From positions 5,394,001 through 5,458,000 of the forward strand of contig NC_058368.1 in NCBI RefSeq assembly GCF_018350175.1: 64,000 bases of DNA. Direction: 5' to 3'. The position numbers and the translations under genes were made by a program. The stretch is from Felis catus (lineage: Eukaryota). How positions within the stretch are numbered: the first letter of the stretch is position 1; each line of letters begins with the position of its first letter. Under the pieces are notes generated by a model. That model saw only the letters and a program-made list of their open reading frames with translations, ran no database searches and was not told the DNA's origin. Shown here piece by piece: positions 1 to 13,580 of the stretch.

Positions 1-270
1 TGTAAGTTATGTGCAAGTCCTTGGCAAATAAGCATGTTATATTCATGAGAGCAGTGTTAGAATTTGTGGCTAGATGCCAATCCTATAAAAGCAGCTTTAG
101 GAGCTGATAGACCACATGAGCACATACAGATTTTGAAAGGAGATTTCTCAACATACTTAAGATCTTGATGGCGTAAGTCCCCCTAATTAATTTCACTTAG
201 ATTTCTGGTTTTGTCTCTCAGTACGTGGGCATCACTGACACTACTCTACACTCAGGACTTCAGTAAGTTT

Positions 271-445
271 CTTTTCTTTTTAAGTTTATTTATTTAGAGA
301 GAGCATGAATGGGGCGGGGGGGGGGGGGCGGCGGGGGGAGAGAATATCCAAAGCAGATTCCTTGCTGTCAGTGCAGAGCCTGACATGGGGCTTGATCTCA
401 CAAACTGTGAGATCATCACCTGAGCCAAAATCAAGAGTCACCTGA
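271..445 (-). mobile_element. CAN-SINE (SINEC), 5'-truncated, with an expanded G-run
   Basis: T-rich tail, then gagagagcatgaatgggg...gctgtcagtgcagagcctgac...gagatcatcacctgagcc, the reverse complement of the SINEC body; imperfect flanking repeat agtaagttt/agtaatttt. Confidence 0.9.
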
Positions 446-1589
446 GTAATTTTAAATGTTAAAATAGAACAGGCAGGTCGAGAGTGACTTTGGTAACTGG
501 CCCAAGGTTGGTTAGGAGCGTGTGCTTACCTGTGTGAGTGTGATCCTGTGGGCTGCCGCCTGAACGGTGAGCTGAAGAATCTGGGAGGGCAGCGTTGGGA
601 GGGAAGAAGTGGAACAGACGCTGGAATAGTCCGTTCACGCCAGGTGTTGTTACTCCTCCAAGAGCACCTTGATGTTATCAGGAAAGATCTGTTGTCTTCG
701 GGGAGGGAGTGTGCCGGAATGGGTATCAGGACAGGGAGGTGGCGTGCAATTGGCAGGATGTTGGCGACCTTAGGTTTACCTTGTGAGTGTACTTGTTGAG
801 GATACTTGAAAACCATCTCATTATGAAACTTGCTTGTTTTCAGCTCTCGAGCAGCGAAGAGTTACATTAACGTCAATAAACTTTGGTTGAATAGGGAGAC
901 CACGCCCTTCTTTAGAAATTGTAGGATTTCAGGTTTTGTTAAAAAAAAAAAATTAAAATTTCCTTTTTCGGCAGGATTCCCTAGGTGAGGCAGGGAGATT
1001 TCACGCTGCTGTTAAAAAGGTGATGCCTAGTGGTAGTCAGTAGGTGCCTTAAGACTTTGCTGGAACATGCAGAATAGCATTCTTCTGGACTCCATCCAGA
1101 ATTTTTATTAGGTTCTTGGATGATGGGAACGAGCTTGCTTAACCAGCCTCCCAGCCTTGAAATGGAAAGAACTCCCAATTCTCTAAATGGCAGCAATGTA
1201 ATTAAAGACTTGAACTTGGGTTTGTTTTCCAGTAATGGCAGGTGAGGTTACCCTAACCAGCTTTCATACTGAAAATAAGTAAAACTGTTGAATATAATAT
1301 TTTTAAAAGCATTGAAGAGAAGACAAGACAGTAAGGGATTCTCAGGAAAAACTGAAGGGATTGTGGGAATCCAGAGAGGCATATGGAATGCCTGGGATGA
1401 TGAAGCTGCTGGGGGCCTTGGCAGGCCACAGTCCCAGAGTGAGACTGAGCCACAAGTAAGACTCGTTTCCTGTGGGTTTGATGCCTGAGTTTTCTGCACG
1501 TGTGTGGTCCAGGGACCCTGAAGCCATTCATCTCTAGTAGTAAAGTCAGATGTTTTTATAGGAGGTCATTTTAACTCTAAGTGCAAAAA

Positions 1590-2960
1590 AAAAATGAGTT
1601 CACTGTCAAAAATAATAAAGCACAGGGGAAAAGATCCCTCAAGCAATTAGCACACACTAGAAACAAACTACAAAGATTAAAGATAACAGAATAATCAGAT
1701 ATAGAATGTGAAACAACCATGCTAGGTTATAAAAAAAAAATTGAAAAGAAACCTAAAGATATCTGTAGGGAGCGGTAAACTATAGAAGATAGCATAGCAA
1801 ATGTGGGAAATGATTGAATAGAATTTCTGGAAATGAAAAATACAGTAACTGGAAAATTAAATATATCTGGAGAAATAGAATAACCATAAAATTTCTGGAA
1901 GTGAGAAAAAGAAAAATTCTAAGGATTTAACAGCATATTAGATAACACTCAAGAATGAGTTAGTGACGTGGAAGGTAGGTAAGAAGGCTCTCGGACAGAA
2001 GTCAACATTTTTTTTCTGTGAAGGGCCAGGTAGTAAACATTTTAGACTTTGTGGGCCATGTATGTCTCTGTTGTATATCCTTCTTTATTTTGTTTAGGTC
2101 TTCAAAAATGTAAAAATAAATTCTTAGGTTACAAGCCATATTAGGAACAGGCCATGGGATGGCTTTGGCCCGTGGACACTTCTTCCCTGGCTCCAATATA
2201 GAACACAGCGTAATGAGGAAGAAGAGGAGAAAGTACAGAAGAGGCTGAGGTATAGAGGACAGAAAGAGAACGTTTGCCATGTACTTAATCCATCCTAGAA
2301 GGAGAGAGGAGAAGAATAGGCCAGAGAAGTATCTGAGGAAATAAGAGCTAGGAATTTTCCACAAGTGATAAAGGCACTTTTCCATAGATTTGAAATGTGC
2401 AGTACATCCTAAACAAGATCAGTGGAAACATGATCACCAAGAAACATCATTGTGAAACTTCAAACATCATTTGGTATTTCCAAACCCCAAGCACACAGAC
2501 AAGATTTGGAAAGCGGGAGGCGACATAAGGGAAAGGTTTAGATTACTTCTGTAGGAGAGACAGGTGACTTCCCACCAGCAACACTGGAGCTAGAAGATAG
2601 TGGAATGGGATTTTCAATGCTGGAAGGAAATAACTGCCAACTGAGAGTTGTAAAGTCAGACGAATCTTTCAAGAATGATTTAAAATTTAGACACAGAAAC
2701 ATAGGTGAGAAAGCATCACCGGCTGACCCTTATTAACGGAAAATTTAAAGGTTGCATTTTACCCAGAAAGAAAACGATCCTGGGTGGAACATCTGAGTTG
2801 TGCAAAGGAACAAAAAAGCCAAGTATATGTTAAATACGTGATAAGACCTAGACTACTATTGAATGTATCCAACACTATCTGTAGGAGGCAGTGAAGTTGA
2901 TTTGGAATATAATACAACAATAGCCTACAAGTGGAGAAGAGAAGGAAGTACGTGTTTAAA
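1590..2960 (+). mobile_element. Ancient L1M ORF1-region remnant, interrupted by MER58
   Basis: A-rich degraded sequence resembling L1 ORF1 motifs: gaggaaataagagctaggaattttccacaag (~EEIxAxNFP) and gacttcccaccagcaacactggagctagaagatagtggaat (~DFSxATxEARRQWN); boundaries approximate. Confidence 0.75.
1996..2189 (+). mobile_element. MER58-family hAT-Charlie MITE
   Basis: tttttctgtgaagggccaggtagtaaacattttagactttgtgggcca...ttggcccgtgg...ccctg matches the MER58 consensus as remembered. Confidence 0.85.
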
Positions 2961-3634
2961 ACCCTCACATTTAGAAATGGTTTTCAAGCGCAAACAACTT
3001 TACAGTTGGTAGGAATCTTAAGACGATAAACTATTGACTCAGTTTTTAATAGGATAATAGAACAAAATGTTAGAAATGGGCACTGTGAAGCATATTGCTT
3101 GATTCCTGTCATAAAGGGGAGAAAAGGGAAATCCGTCAACCGTTTGTAACTTTTTACTATTTTCAGTAAAGTTGTGTGAAACTCGAGAGGGAAAAGAAAC
3201 CTGAATTAATAGCAAAACCTTCAACATACCGTTACAATGATAAGTAACTTTGAGGGAGGCTGAGTTGAGAATTGAGCGGTGCGCTTGCAGATGGGAGAAG
3301 AAGGGTTATTGAGGTCGCTGTCTGGTGTCTGTTTTAGTAGCTCCCTTGCTGTTGGAATTCTTGGTCCCAGCATCTTCTCCAATAGACCCTGCATCCAGAG
3401 AATTCCTCTTATCCTGGTCATCTTTGATCTGTGCTCTTCTCTAGGACACAAGAAGGTACCTTGAGAAGTGTCAGGAGATGTTTCCTTCATAATTAGGAAA
3501 GACATTCTTTGTAGAACTTTTACGTATTAATAAGCATGAAATCTGCATAAGCGTGTCAGATGTCAGATTTTTTATTCACAGGGCTAAGTGTTGGTAGAGA
3601 CACTGGAGGACAGACTAACCATGAGATTTGGCCT

Positions 3635-3851
3635 TTTTTTTTTTTAAATTTTTAACACTTTATTTTAGTTTTTGAGAGACAGAGTGCAAGCAGGGGAGGG
3701 GCAGAGAGAAAGGGAGACACAGAATCAGAAGCAGGCTCCAGGCTCTGAGCTGTCTGCACAGAGCCCGACGTGGGGCTCGAACCCGTGAACTGCAAGATCA
3801 TGACCTGAGCTGAAGTCGGACGCCCAGCCGACCGAGCCACCCAGGCGCCCC
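3635..3851 (-). mobile_element. CAN-SINE (SINEC_Fc type), full length
   Basis: Complete body ending gagccacccaggcgcccc; 12-bp TSD gagatttggcct at 3623-3634 and 3852-3863. Confidence 0.97.
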
Positions 3852-4786
3852 GAGATTTGGCCTATTTTTGATGGAGTCTGCCCATTTCTCTATTTTTTGT
3901 TTTCTTCAACCTTTTCTGCTATGTAGTGCTTTCTTATTTTCTTGGGTTTGTTAGAGTTAAGTGTACTTATTTTAAAATATTATCTGAGGCTGATAATGTC
4001 TATAAAGTTGATCTTGGACGTTCATGAGATACCTTACAGAGGTGAGAGATCAGCTCCTTTCTCTTAAGTGCAGTTTTCTTGGGTTTTATTTAATGTATTC
4101 TTATTTTTTACTGAAACATAATTCACATACAAATACAAATTTATCATAATGCGTTCTTATTCTCGTATTATAAGACATGTGCATTTGGAGTTTTATGTTT
4201 AAAAGTCCCCCCCCCCCCGCAAAAAAAAAAAAAGACAAAAAGGCAATTCTTTCTCTAATCTTGTAGATGTTGTTTTCAATTGCATGCATGTGGCAAATAA
4301 CTCACTATCTATGAGTTCAGCTCATGGGGCAAAATATATTTGCTGTAGGCTCTTTTCTCTAGGAACCTCATTAGGTCATTGATAGTTCTGAGTTTGTCGT
4401 AATGACCATGAGTAAATGATCCAAAATATCTTATGTATATCCTCCCAGCCATCCTGCCGTTTTAGACTGAGCCCATTTTTCTTCATTCTGGCTTCATCCT
4501 AGCTGGATGTTTAGCAAATCCAGTCTTGATATCACCAAGAACATTGGCAGTGAGGGCTAGGAGGAAGGTGGGATTGCTTATGTGACCATGGATCCCTCTC
4601 TGGGAACGTGGAGCTCCGTTTTTTGTTTTAAGTATCAAAAGGTTGCAGTGAGAAACAGAAATAGTAGAAAGCAAATTTGTGCTGAATCTTGAGTAAATTT
4701 ACCCCAAAGTTTGATGTCTTTAAAATATATAGTGGGCCCTGAATTTTGTCCTGTGGCTGTGATTCAACCACACGTTGTGCGTTATT

Positions 4787-5000
4787 ATTATTTTTTTTAA
4801 CGTTTATTTATTTTTTTGAGACAGAGACAGAGCATGAACGGGGGAGGGTCAGAGAGAGAGGGAGACACAGAATCTGAAACAGGCTCCAGGCTCTGAGCAG
4901 TCAGCACAGAGCCCGACGCAGGGCTTGAACTCACGGACCGCGAGATCATGACCTGAGCCGAAGTCGGCCGCCTAACCAACTGAGCCACCCAGGCGCCCCT
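4787..5000 (-). mobile_element. CAN-SINE (SINEC_Fc type), full length
   Basis: Complete body; 13-bp TSD gttgtgcgttatt at 4774-4786 and 5001-5013. Confidence 0.97.
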
Positions 5001-5223
5001 GTTGTGCGTTATTTTTATACGTTAAGACCTTCAGGGAATTCATGTGCCAAGTGGGAGATGTGTCAGTAAAGTTAAGCAGATTTTTGGCAACTGGCAAATT
5101 TAGTTTCTTAAGACAAAACAAAGAAAGAAATAGGAATAGTCAGGATGAGATAAGCACCCAGGCCGAGAGAGATGATGAGAAGAAGTAAGGAGAAGAGGTA
5201 TCAGAAGAAAGTGGGAATGTTGA

Positions 5224-5421
5224 GGGGCCCTGGGTGGCTCAGTCGGTTGAACGTCTGACTCTTGATCTCGGCTCAGGTCATGATCACACGGTCATGAGAT
5301 GGAGTCCCATGTCAGGCTCTGTGCTGGGTGTCAGGCCTGCTTGAGATTCTTTCTCTGCCTCTGCCCTTCCCCTACTTGCACTCTCTCTGTCTCTGTCTCT
5401 CTCAGATCAATAAATTTAAAA
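5224..5421 (+). mobile_element. CAN-SINE, older subfamily
   Basis: ggggccctgggtggctcagtcggttgaacgtctgactcttgatctcggctcaggtcatgatc head, CT-rich region, aataaa tail. Confidence 0.93.
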
Positions 5422-6320
5422 GACGTCATTTCTTGGTATGAGAGAGCTTTAAAATAGTTTGCATGTAAGTGGTGTTTAGGACACTCACTGAGTTGAAATC
5501 TCTAAGAAGCATCTTGTCCAGTGGAAACCTTTTTTCTACTTGAGTAGCATAACCGTGTTTCTTTCCTCGTGGTCTGTGTGAGCCCCTGATGCATGGCACT
5601 TATGGCTTTGGAGAGATTACGGGTTAGGCCAACGGGCTATAGTTCCTTTATTGCTCATGGTTTATGGATACAGTAGAGGAAAAGGAGAGAAATTTGGAGG
5701 AAATTTGATTATGCCTGTGATGGGACTGGCTGTGTCTCCATTGCACACATAGAACTGCTGGGCTCAGAAATGACTTCGCAGAGTTCGCACAAGTAAATAG
5801 AATTGCTGGGACTGTCTTTCCTGGCTCTGAATGTTTGTGTGTTTGTTTCTCACTGTATCTCAGCTGTTTGAGTTAGAGGGACGAGCTGATTGAGTTGGAA
5901 CCGTAACTGTCTGATTTTTTAACTGTAGATGAGTAAGCACTTTACCTTTTTCAATTTCATCTCAATTTGTATTTTGCTTTGTTGTTAGGAGACCAAGTTA
6001 ACCTTCACAAGATACTTAATGTTAGTCTTTATACGTGTTTTCAATGGCACCTCTATTGTGGCGTTTTGTGTGAAGGTTGAATGATGTACTTTCCCAGCAC
6101 AAATTACAATATTTCCCCCAAATTATATGTACTGAAGGCAACTGAAGTTTGTATGCAATTATGTGTTTATCACATTGGTGATTGGCTATTAGCTGGGTAA
6201 GTGCAAGTTGTGTGAATTATGCCTGCCTAGGGGTGGTCTTGCCTATGTGAGCTGCTTTCCTGAAATAGTCAATTTACCCAAATAAAGTCATTAGTGCAAT
6301 TTTCCTGATGACCACCTCTG

Positions 6321-6323
<3 letters not shown>

Positions 6324-6356
<33 letters not shown>
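6324..6356. repeat. T33 homopolymer
   Basis: Directly visible. Confidence 0.95.
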
Positions 6357-6362
<6 letters not shown>

Positions 6363-7509
6363 TTCAGCTCCTGTAACTTTTATAATTATATCATTTTAAA
6401 AGAAATCCCTTCCATCTGCAGGAGTGCGTTGCTTATGGCCTCCTTGAGTCAGCCGAGGTCCGTGAGGTTTTTTGCATTTGAACTGTCTCTAAAAATATGA
6501 GAAGGTTGTGCCTTTCTTTCATGGCGTAAGGCAACTTCACAGCAACAGTGGATCGTGTGCAGTCTATTCTGCGTATCACATTTTGGGGGACGTGGACTTT
6601 AGGTAGGCAAGGGTGGGCAATGAGAAAATGTACACTTAGTGCTGGAAGGAAAAAGATTGGTTATAGATCCAAAAATGGTGTTTCCTTCAGCAAAACAGAA
6701 TCGGAGACTCTTTGTCAGCAGGGACACCGGCTGGAGTCCAGTAATCAAGAGACATGAGAAGTGTTAAATAATACGAGAAGATTTTTTACTTTATCAGATC
6801 CCTTTCTGAGGAAGGGCAGATGCAGTCTGTGAAATCACCAAGTGTTTGGAAAAGGGTACAGAAATGCAGTGGGACCAAAGTGACTTAAAATATATACTCT
6901 TTACATGCGCGGTTTTCTGCACCGCGTGAAGTAATTGTCTAAAATTACAAGCACTGCGACAGTGATTGAACTCCAGCTGCTCATTGAGCCTTTCAGGTTT
7001 AAAAATACACAGGCCTCAGCAATTCAGAGATTATTAAATGACACCTTCTTGTGGGAACCCCCATTAACGTGTTGGAGCAGAGGGTAGCGAAGGTCTTTGG
7101 GGAAGCAGGGGCGACGGGTGTCTCGTTACAGTTTTGCTACTGCAGAGCTCTTATGGGTTGCTGCTCCTTCCCAAGAACCGAGATTTTGTCAACACTTTAT
7201 TCCAGAGGACGTTTAAAAAAGCTGAGATCTCTTGCGTCCCTTGACAGTTAGATTTTGTGTTGATCTCTGAAGAATAGAAATTAAATGAAATCGCTCATGA
7301 ACCACAGACATGCATCGGTCCGTAACTTGGTTATTTTCATTGAACCCCCACAACGGCCTATGATGGGACTGCCTCTGCTGGCTCCGAATGTTTGTGTGTT
7401 TTCCACTGTGTCTGAGCTGTTGTGACTTTTCAGATGTTTTAGAGTCAAAATTGCCTCTAAAGCAATTTTGAGTTGCCGTTCCAACTTGAAGGGTTAAGTA
7501 AGAGGTTTT

Positions 7510-8130
7510 ATTCTTTGGTTCAGTGAACGTATTGAGCACCTGCTGGGTACGAAGTACACCTAGAGGCACTGGGAGTAAGTGGTTAAAAATGACCTAGATG
7601 GTCCCTTACGTGGAGCTCCCAGTTTCACTGGAGGGACATGGACAGATAAAAATAAGTGAATCGACAAGATAACATAAATGCCTTGAAGGACAAGTAACAG
7701 GCTGGTATATTAAGGAGTGGTTTGGGGGGTAAAGGAGAGCGCCTTCTGCTCCAGTGATCAAGGACTCTCTGTAAGGAGGTGACTTTGGCCTGAGAACCAG
7801 TGGTGACAAGGTAGGGCCAGGACGGGAGCATGCAGGCCAGAGGAAACGGCCAGTGCAGCCCTCTCTGCCCCAGCTAGTATACTGGCGGAACACAGAGGCT
7901 GTGATGAGGCCGAGCCTAGCGAGCGAGGCTTCCTAGTCCTGGAGGCGGTCAAGAAGCAGGCAAGGGAAGAGCACGCCACACGGGGTCCTATAGGGCGTGG
8001 AAGGAGGCAGGACTATTCTAAATGCAGTGTGGCCTCTAATCGATGGTACTGTCATTTCCCGAGATGGGGAAGTTTCTGCACGTGGGTGGGCAAGGCGTTC
8101 TCTCCTTTGGTCACTCTGATTGAATGTCTA
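7510..8130 (-). mobile_element. LINE-2 3' fragment
   Basis: ttcagtgaacgtattgagcacctgctgggt...ggcactgggag...ggagctcccagt resembles the antisense L2 3' end; degraded, boundaries approximate. Confidence 0.65.
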
Positions 8131-8251
8131 GACCTCAGTGTACTGATGTATACTCGGTTCTGTTGGGTTCAGACTTGACTTATGACTCACAAGTTCTCTG
8201 AGTCAGGATGTGTAAGTGGATGGATTATCTGACCATGAAAATTCTCTTTGT

Positions 8252-11200
8252 CTAATAAAGAGGAAGAAATTCAAATATGTCACTGAAGAAAATCAGCAAA
8301 ACATGAAGGAGAGACAAAGGACCAGAGAAAGTCTTTAGAAACAACCACAAAACATAATAAAATGATAAAAAATACATACCTATTAATAATTACTTTGAAT
8401 GTAAATGGACTAAATTCTCCAATAAAAGACATAGGGTGACAGAATAGATTAAAAAACAACAACAACAACAACAACAAGAACAAAAAACAAGACCTGGGAC
8501 GCCTGGGTGGCTCAGTTGGTTAAGCGTCTGACTTCAGGTCATGATCTCGTGGTTTGTGAGTTCGAGCCCCACACCGGGCTCTGTGTTGACAGCTCAGAGC
8601 CTGGAGTCTGCTTCAGATTCTGTCTCTCTCTCTCTCTCTGCCCCTTCTCCCGCTCATGCTCTGCCCCCTCTGTCTCAAAAATAAACAAACACTAAAAAAA
8701 AAAAAAGACCCATGTATATACTGCCAAAAGAGACCCGCTTTAGACCTAAAGACATCTACAGACTCACAGTGAGGGGACGGAGAAACATTTATCATGGAAA
8801 TGGATGTCCAAAGAAAGCTGGGGTAGCAATACTTATATGGTACAAAATAGACTTTAAAACAAAGACTGTAACAAGAGGCAAAGAAGGACACTAATAATAA
8901 GGGGGACAATCCAACAAGATATAACAAGTGTAAATATTTATGCATCCAATATGGAAGCACCCAAATGTATAAAACAGTTGATAACAAACATAAAGGAACA
9001 TAAATGATAATACAATAAGTGTAGGGGACTTTAACACTCCACTCACATCAATGGACAGATCATCTAAACAGAAAACCAACAAGGAAACGATGGCTTTGAA
9101 TGACACTGGACCAGATGGATTTAACAGATGTATTCAGAACATTGTATCCTAAAACAACAAAGTACACATTCTTTTCAAGTGCACACAGAACATTCTCCAG
9201 AATAGATCACAAATTAGCCTACAGAGCAGCCTCAACAAACGTGAGAAGATCGAAGTCATTCCATGCATCTTTTCTGACCACAATGCTATGAAACTAGAAG
9301 TCAACCACAGAAGACAACGAACACATGGGGTTAAATAATATGCTACTAAATAGTTAATGGGTCAACCAGGAAATAAAAGGAGGAATTAAAAACTACACGG
9401 AAACAAATGAAAATGAATACACAACAAAGATGTGTATTAGATGTAGCAAAGCTGTCCTAAGAGAGAAATTTATAGCATACAGTCCTACCTCAAGAAGCAA
9501 GAAAAAAATCTCAAATATCCTAACCTTACATCTAAAGGAGCTACAAAAAAGAACAACAAACAATACCTAAAACCAGCAGAAAGAAGGAAATAATAAAGAT
9601 TTGAACAGAAATAAATGATATAGAACCTAAAAAAAAAAAAAAAACACCCCAGTAAAACATCAATGAAACCAGGAGCTGGTTCTTTGAAAAAAATAAAATT
9701 GATAAACCTCTATCTACACTATCTACACAAAAAAGAGAAAGGACTCAAATTACAAACAAGAGAAGAGAAATAACACCACAGAAATACAATTATGAGAGAA
9801 TATTATGAAAAAAACTATATGCCAACAAATCGGACAACCTAGAAGAAACGGGCAAGTTCCTAGAAAACATCTAAACCAGCAAAACTGAAACAGGAAGATA
9901 TGGAAAGTTTGAACAGATCCATAACCAGCATAGACATTGAATCAGTAATCAAAAATCTCCCACCAAACAAAAGTCCAGGACTAGATGTTTTCACAGGTGA
10001 ATTCTACCAAACATTGAGTTAATACCTATTCTTTATTCTGAAAAATACAAAGGGGAGGATAACTTCCAAATTATTCTGTGAGGCTAGTGTTATCCTGATA
10101 TGAAAGCCAGAAAAAGGCACTAAAGACACTAACAAAGAGAACTACAGGCCAATATCCCTGATGAACGTAGATGTAAAAATCTTCAATAAAATGCTAGCAA
10201 ACGAAATTCAACAGTACATTAAAAAAATCATTCACCACGATCAAGTGGGACTTATTCCTGGGTTGCAAGGGTGGTTCCATATTTACAAATCAAACAACAT
10301 GATACATTATGTCAATAAGAGAAAGGATAAGAGCCATATTATCATTGCAATAGACACAGAAAAAGCATCTGACAAAATACAACATCCATTCTTGATAAAA
10401 ACTCTCAACAAAGCAGGTTTAGAGGGAACGTACCTCAACATAATAAGACCCATATATGAAAAACTCACAGCTAATGCCATCCTCAATGGAGATAAACTAC
10501 GAGCTTTTCCACTAAGTTCAGAAACAAGACAAGGATGTCCACTCCCACCACTTTTATTCAACATGGTACTGGAAGTCCTAGCTACTGTAGTCAGACAACA
10601 AAAGGAAATGGAGGGCATCCAAATCAGGGAGAAGTAAAACTTTCACTGTTTGCAGATGACATGATACTGTAGGTAGAAAACCCCAAAAAACTCCACCATG
10701 AGGACTGCTAGAACTGATAAACAAGTTCAGTAAAGTTGCAGGATGAAGAAGCAATGTACAGAAATCTGTTGCATTTCTGTCCACCAATAATGAATCAGAA
10801 GAAAAAGAAAGCAATGCCATTTATGATTGCACCAAAACGCATAAGACACCTAGAAATAAACCTAACCAAAGAGGTGAAAGATCTGTACTCTGAAAACTAT
10901 AAAACAGCGATGAAAGAAATTGAAGATGACACAAATGGAAAGATTCCATGCTCACGGATTGGAAGGACAAATGTTAAAATGTCTACAGTACCCAAAGCAT
11001 TCTACGCATTTAATGAAATCTCTATCAAAATACCGACAACATTTTTCACAGAACTAGAACAAACAATTGTAAAATTCACATGGAACCACAAAAGACCTCG
11101 AATAGCCAAAGCAATTTTGAAAAAGGAAAGCAAGGCTGGAGGCATCAAAATTCCAGACTTCAAACTATATTACAAAACTGTATGATCAAAACAGTATGGT

Positions 11201-12568
11201 ACTGACACAAAAATAGACACACAAATCACTAGAACAGAATAGAAAACCCAGAAATGAACTCATAACCATACGGTCAAGTAATCTTCGACAAAGTAGGGAA
11301 GAATGGGAAAAGGACAGTCTCTTCAACAAATGGTGATGGGAAAACTGGACGGCAATACGCAAAGGAACGAAACTGGACCACCTTCTTACACCATACACAA
11401 AAGTAAATTCAAAATGGATGAAAGACCTAACTGTGAAACCTGAACCCATAGAAATCCTAGAAGAGAACCCAGGCAGTAATTTCTCTGACATCGACTGTAG
11501 CAACTTCTTACTAGATACGTCTCCTGAGGCAAGGGTAACGAAATGAAAAGTTATTGGGACTACATCAAAATAAAAAGCTTCTGCACAGTGAAGGAAATAA
11601 CAAAACTAAAAGACAACCTACAGAATGCAAGAAGATACTTGCAAATGACATAACCAATAAAGGGTTAGTATCCAAAATATATAAAGAACTTATAAAAAAC
11701 ACCCAAAAAATGAATAATCCCATTAAAACGGGCAGAAGATAGGAACAGACATTTCTCTAAAGAAGACCTACAGATGGCCAACAAACACATAAAAAAGTGC
11801 TCATCGTCACTTAGCAGGGAAATGCAAATCCAAACTACCATGAGATATCACCTCATACCTGTTAGAGTGGCTAAAATCAACAACACAAGAAACGACACAT
11901 ATTGGCAAGGATGTGGAGAAAGGGGAACCCTCTCGCACTGTCGGTGGGAATTCAAAGTGGTGCAGCCGCTCTGGAAAACTCTACGAAGACCCCTCAGAAA
12001 GTTAAAATGGAACTACCCTATGATCCAACAATCACATTGTGGGATATTTACCCAAAGAATACAAAAATACTGATTTGAAGGGTTAGCAGCAGCATTTACA
12101 ACAGCCAAGGTATGGATGCAGTTCAAGTGTCCATCATTAGATAAATGGACAAAGAAGATGTGGGGTGCGCATGTGTGATGGAATATTATTTGGCCATAAA
12201 AAAGAACGGTATCTTTGAATTTGCAAGGACATGGATGGAGCTAGAGAGTGTAATGCTGAGCGAAATAAATCAGAGAAAGACAAATATGATTTCACTCATA
12301 TGTGGAATTTAAGATACAAGCAAGGGGGGAAAAGACAAATCAAGAAACAGGCTCTTAATTATAGAGAACAAACTGATGGTTACCAGATGGGAGGTGGGTG
12401 GGTGGGTGTGTGTGTGTGGGGGGGGGTTACACAGGTGATGGGGATTAAGGAGTGCACTTACGATGAGCACCGAGTGAGATATGAAATTGTTGAATCACTA
12501 TATTGTACATCTGAAACTATTATAACACTGTGTGTTAACTGACTAGAATTAAAATAAAAACTTAAACT
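8252..12568 (+). mobile_element. Carnivore LINE-1, 5'-truncated (end of the inter-ORF region, full ORF2 relic, 3' UTR); inactive
   Basis: Endonuclease start ITLNVNGLNSP near 8390; RT motifs (ORF 10161-10637 [22 protein letters not shown] at 10649-10660 followed by a stop); C-terminal fragments in ORFs at 10736, 11554, 11774; 3' UTR ending aattaaaataaaaacttaaa; imperfect TSD attctctttgt (8241-8251) / attgtctttgt (12569-12579); many stops and frameshifts. Confidence 0.97.
8496..8706 (+). mobile_element. CAN-SINE inserted into the L1 ORF2 endonuclease region
   Basis: gggacgcctgggtggctcagttggttaagcgtctgacttcaggtcatgatctc head; A tail; aagacc duplicated on both sides; preceded by a (CAA)n run at ~8456-8477. 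Confidence 0.95.
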
Positions 12569-13163
12569 ATTGTCTTTGTTACGCGAGCCATGGCTTGTGC
12601 TGACCAAAGTATCGGAGATGCCATATCTATCAGAAAGTTGCTGGGTAAACTTGGACTCCAGATAGAGGAGTTCTGTGATTTACATACCTAAAGGCATTGT
12701 AGGGTGTGGCTAGGTCTGTGTGACAGACTCCTGCAAAGGCTGGCTGGACACTCCTATGGCTTCCACCCTTGTTGAATTAGGCGCCCATGCTGTCGGCCTC
12801 AAATAATCTTTATAGCCCTTCACTTTAGACCAACCTTTTTCTGACCCACAGGTTTTTGTTTTTGTTTTTTTCCCTTGAGGTTAATTCCTTCAGCCAAATT
12901 ATTGTCGAGGCCCAGTGGCCCTGGAGCCATTCATTGTCTTTAATGTAATGTCATGCAACTTTGCTTCGATCCTTGATGTTGATCATACTGCGTTTTCAAG
13001 TTCTAGAATCTCCAACCTCTGAAACGCCACTCTAGGGCTCTGTTTCTGCTGTCCACACTTGCAAATACACCACCTTGATTTCATTTCTTCCCGCCTTTGT
13101 TCATCCTGATCCGTTTGTGAATACCCTTCCCTCCTCTCCTAACTCATTTTGAGCCACACTGGC

Positions 13164-13580
13164 TGCACTAGTCTGTTCCAGCTGCTGTAACAAAGTACCA
13201 TGGGCTGGGAGTCTTAAACTACAGAAATTTATTGTCTCCCAGTTCTGGAGACTGGAGGTCCAAGATGAAGATGTCCGCGGGATGGGTTCCTTCTGGAGGC
13301 TCTGAAGGAGAATTTGTTCTTAGCTTTCCTCTTAGCTTCTAAGTTGGCCTGAGGCACTCCTTGGCTTGGAGATGGCCGTCTTCTCATTGTGTCATCTTCA
13401 CACTGTTTCCCTGCTGTATGTGTCTGTGTCCAGATTTCCCATTTTCCTAAGGACAGCAGTCGTTTTGGATTAGGGCCCCCTTGTGATGAGCTCTGCAAAG
13501 ACTCTACATCCAAATAAGGTCAGATTGTGAAGTACTGGGGTTTAGGGCTCCAACAGAGCTTTTACTGTGGGACACGATTC
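13164..13580 (-). mobile_element. MLT1-type MaLR solo LTR
   Basis: gctgctgtaacaaagtacca...acagaaatttattgtctcccagttctggagactggaggtccaagat...ccaaataaggtcagattgtgaagtactggg, typical antisense MLT1. Confidence 0.9.

Noticed and set aside
3652..4988. Recurrent peptide family such as MAQLVRRPTSAQVMISR (also at 8507, 30679, 38301, 44520)
   Set aside because: These are translations of CAN-SINE copies, not a protein family
6901..6934. Small hairpin cgcggt-tttctgc-accgcg
   Set aside because: A 6-bp core stem is within chance expectation
10161..12073. ORFs with reverse-transcriptase-like sequence (158, 149, 62 and 99 aa)
   Set aside because: They are frameshifted fragments of one dead LINE-1 ORF2, with a stop just after FADDMIL; not a gene and not a novel RT system
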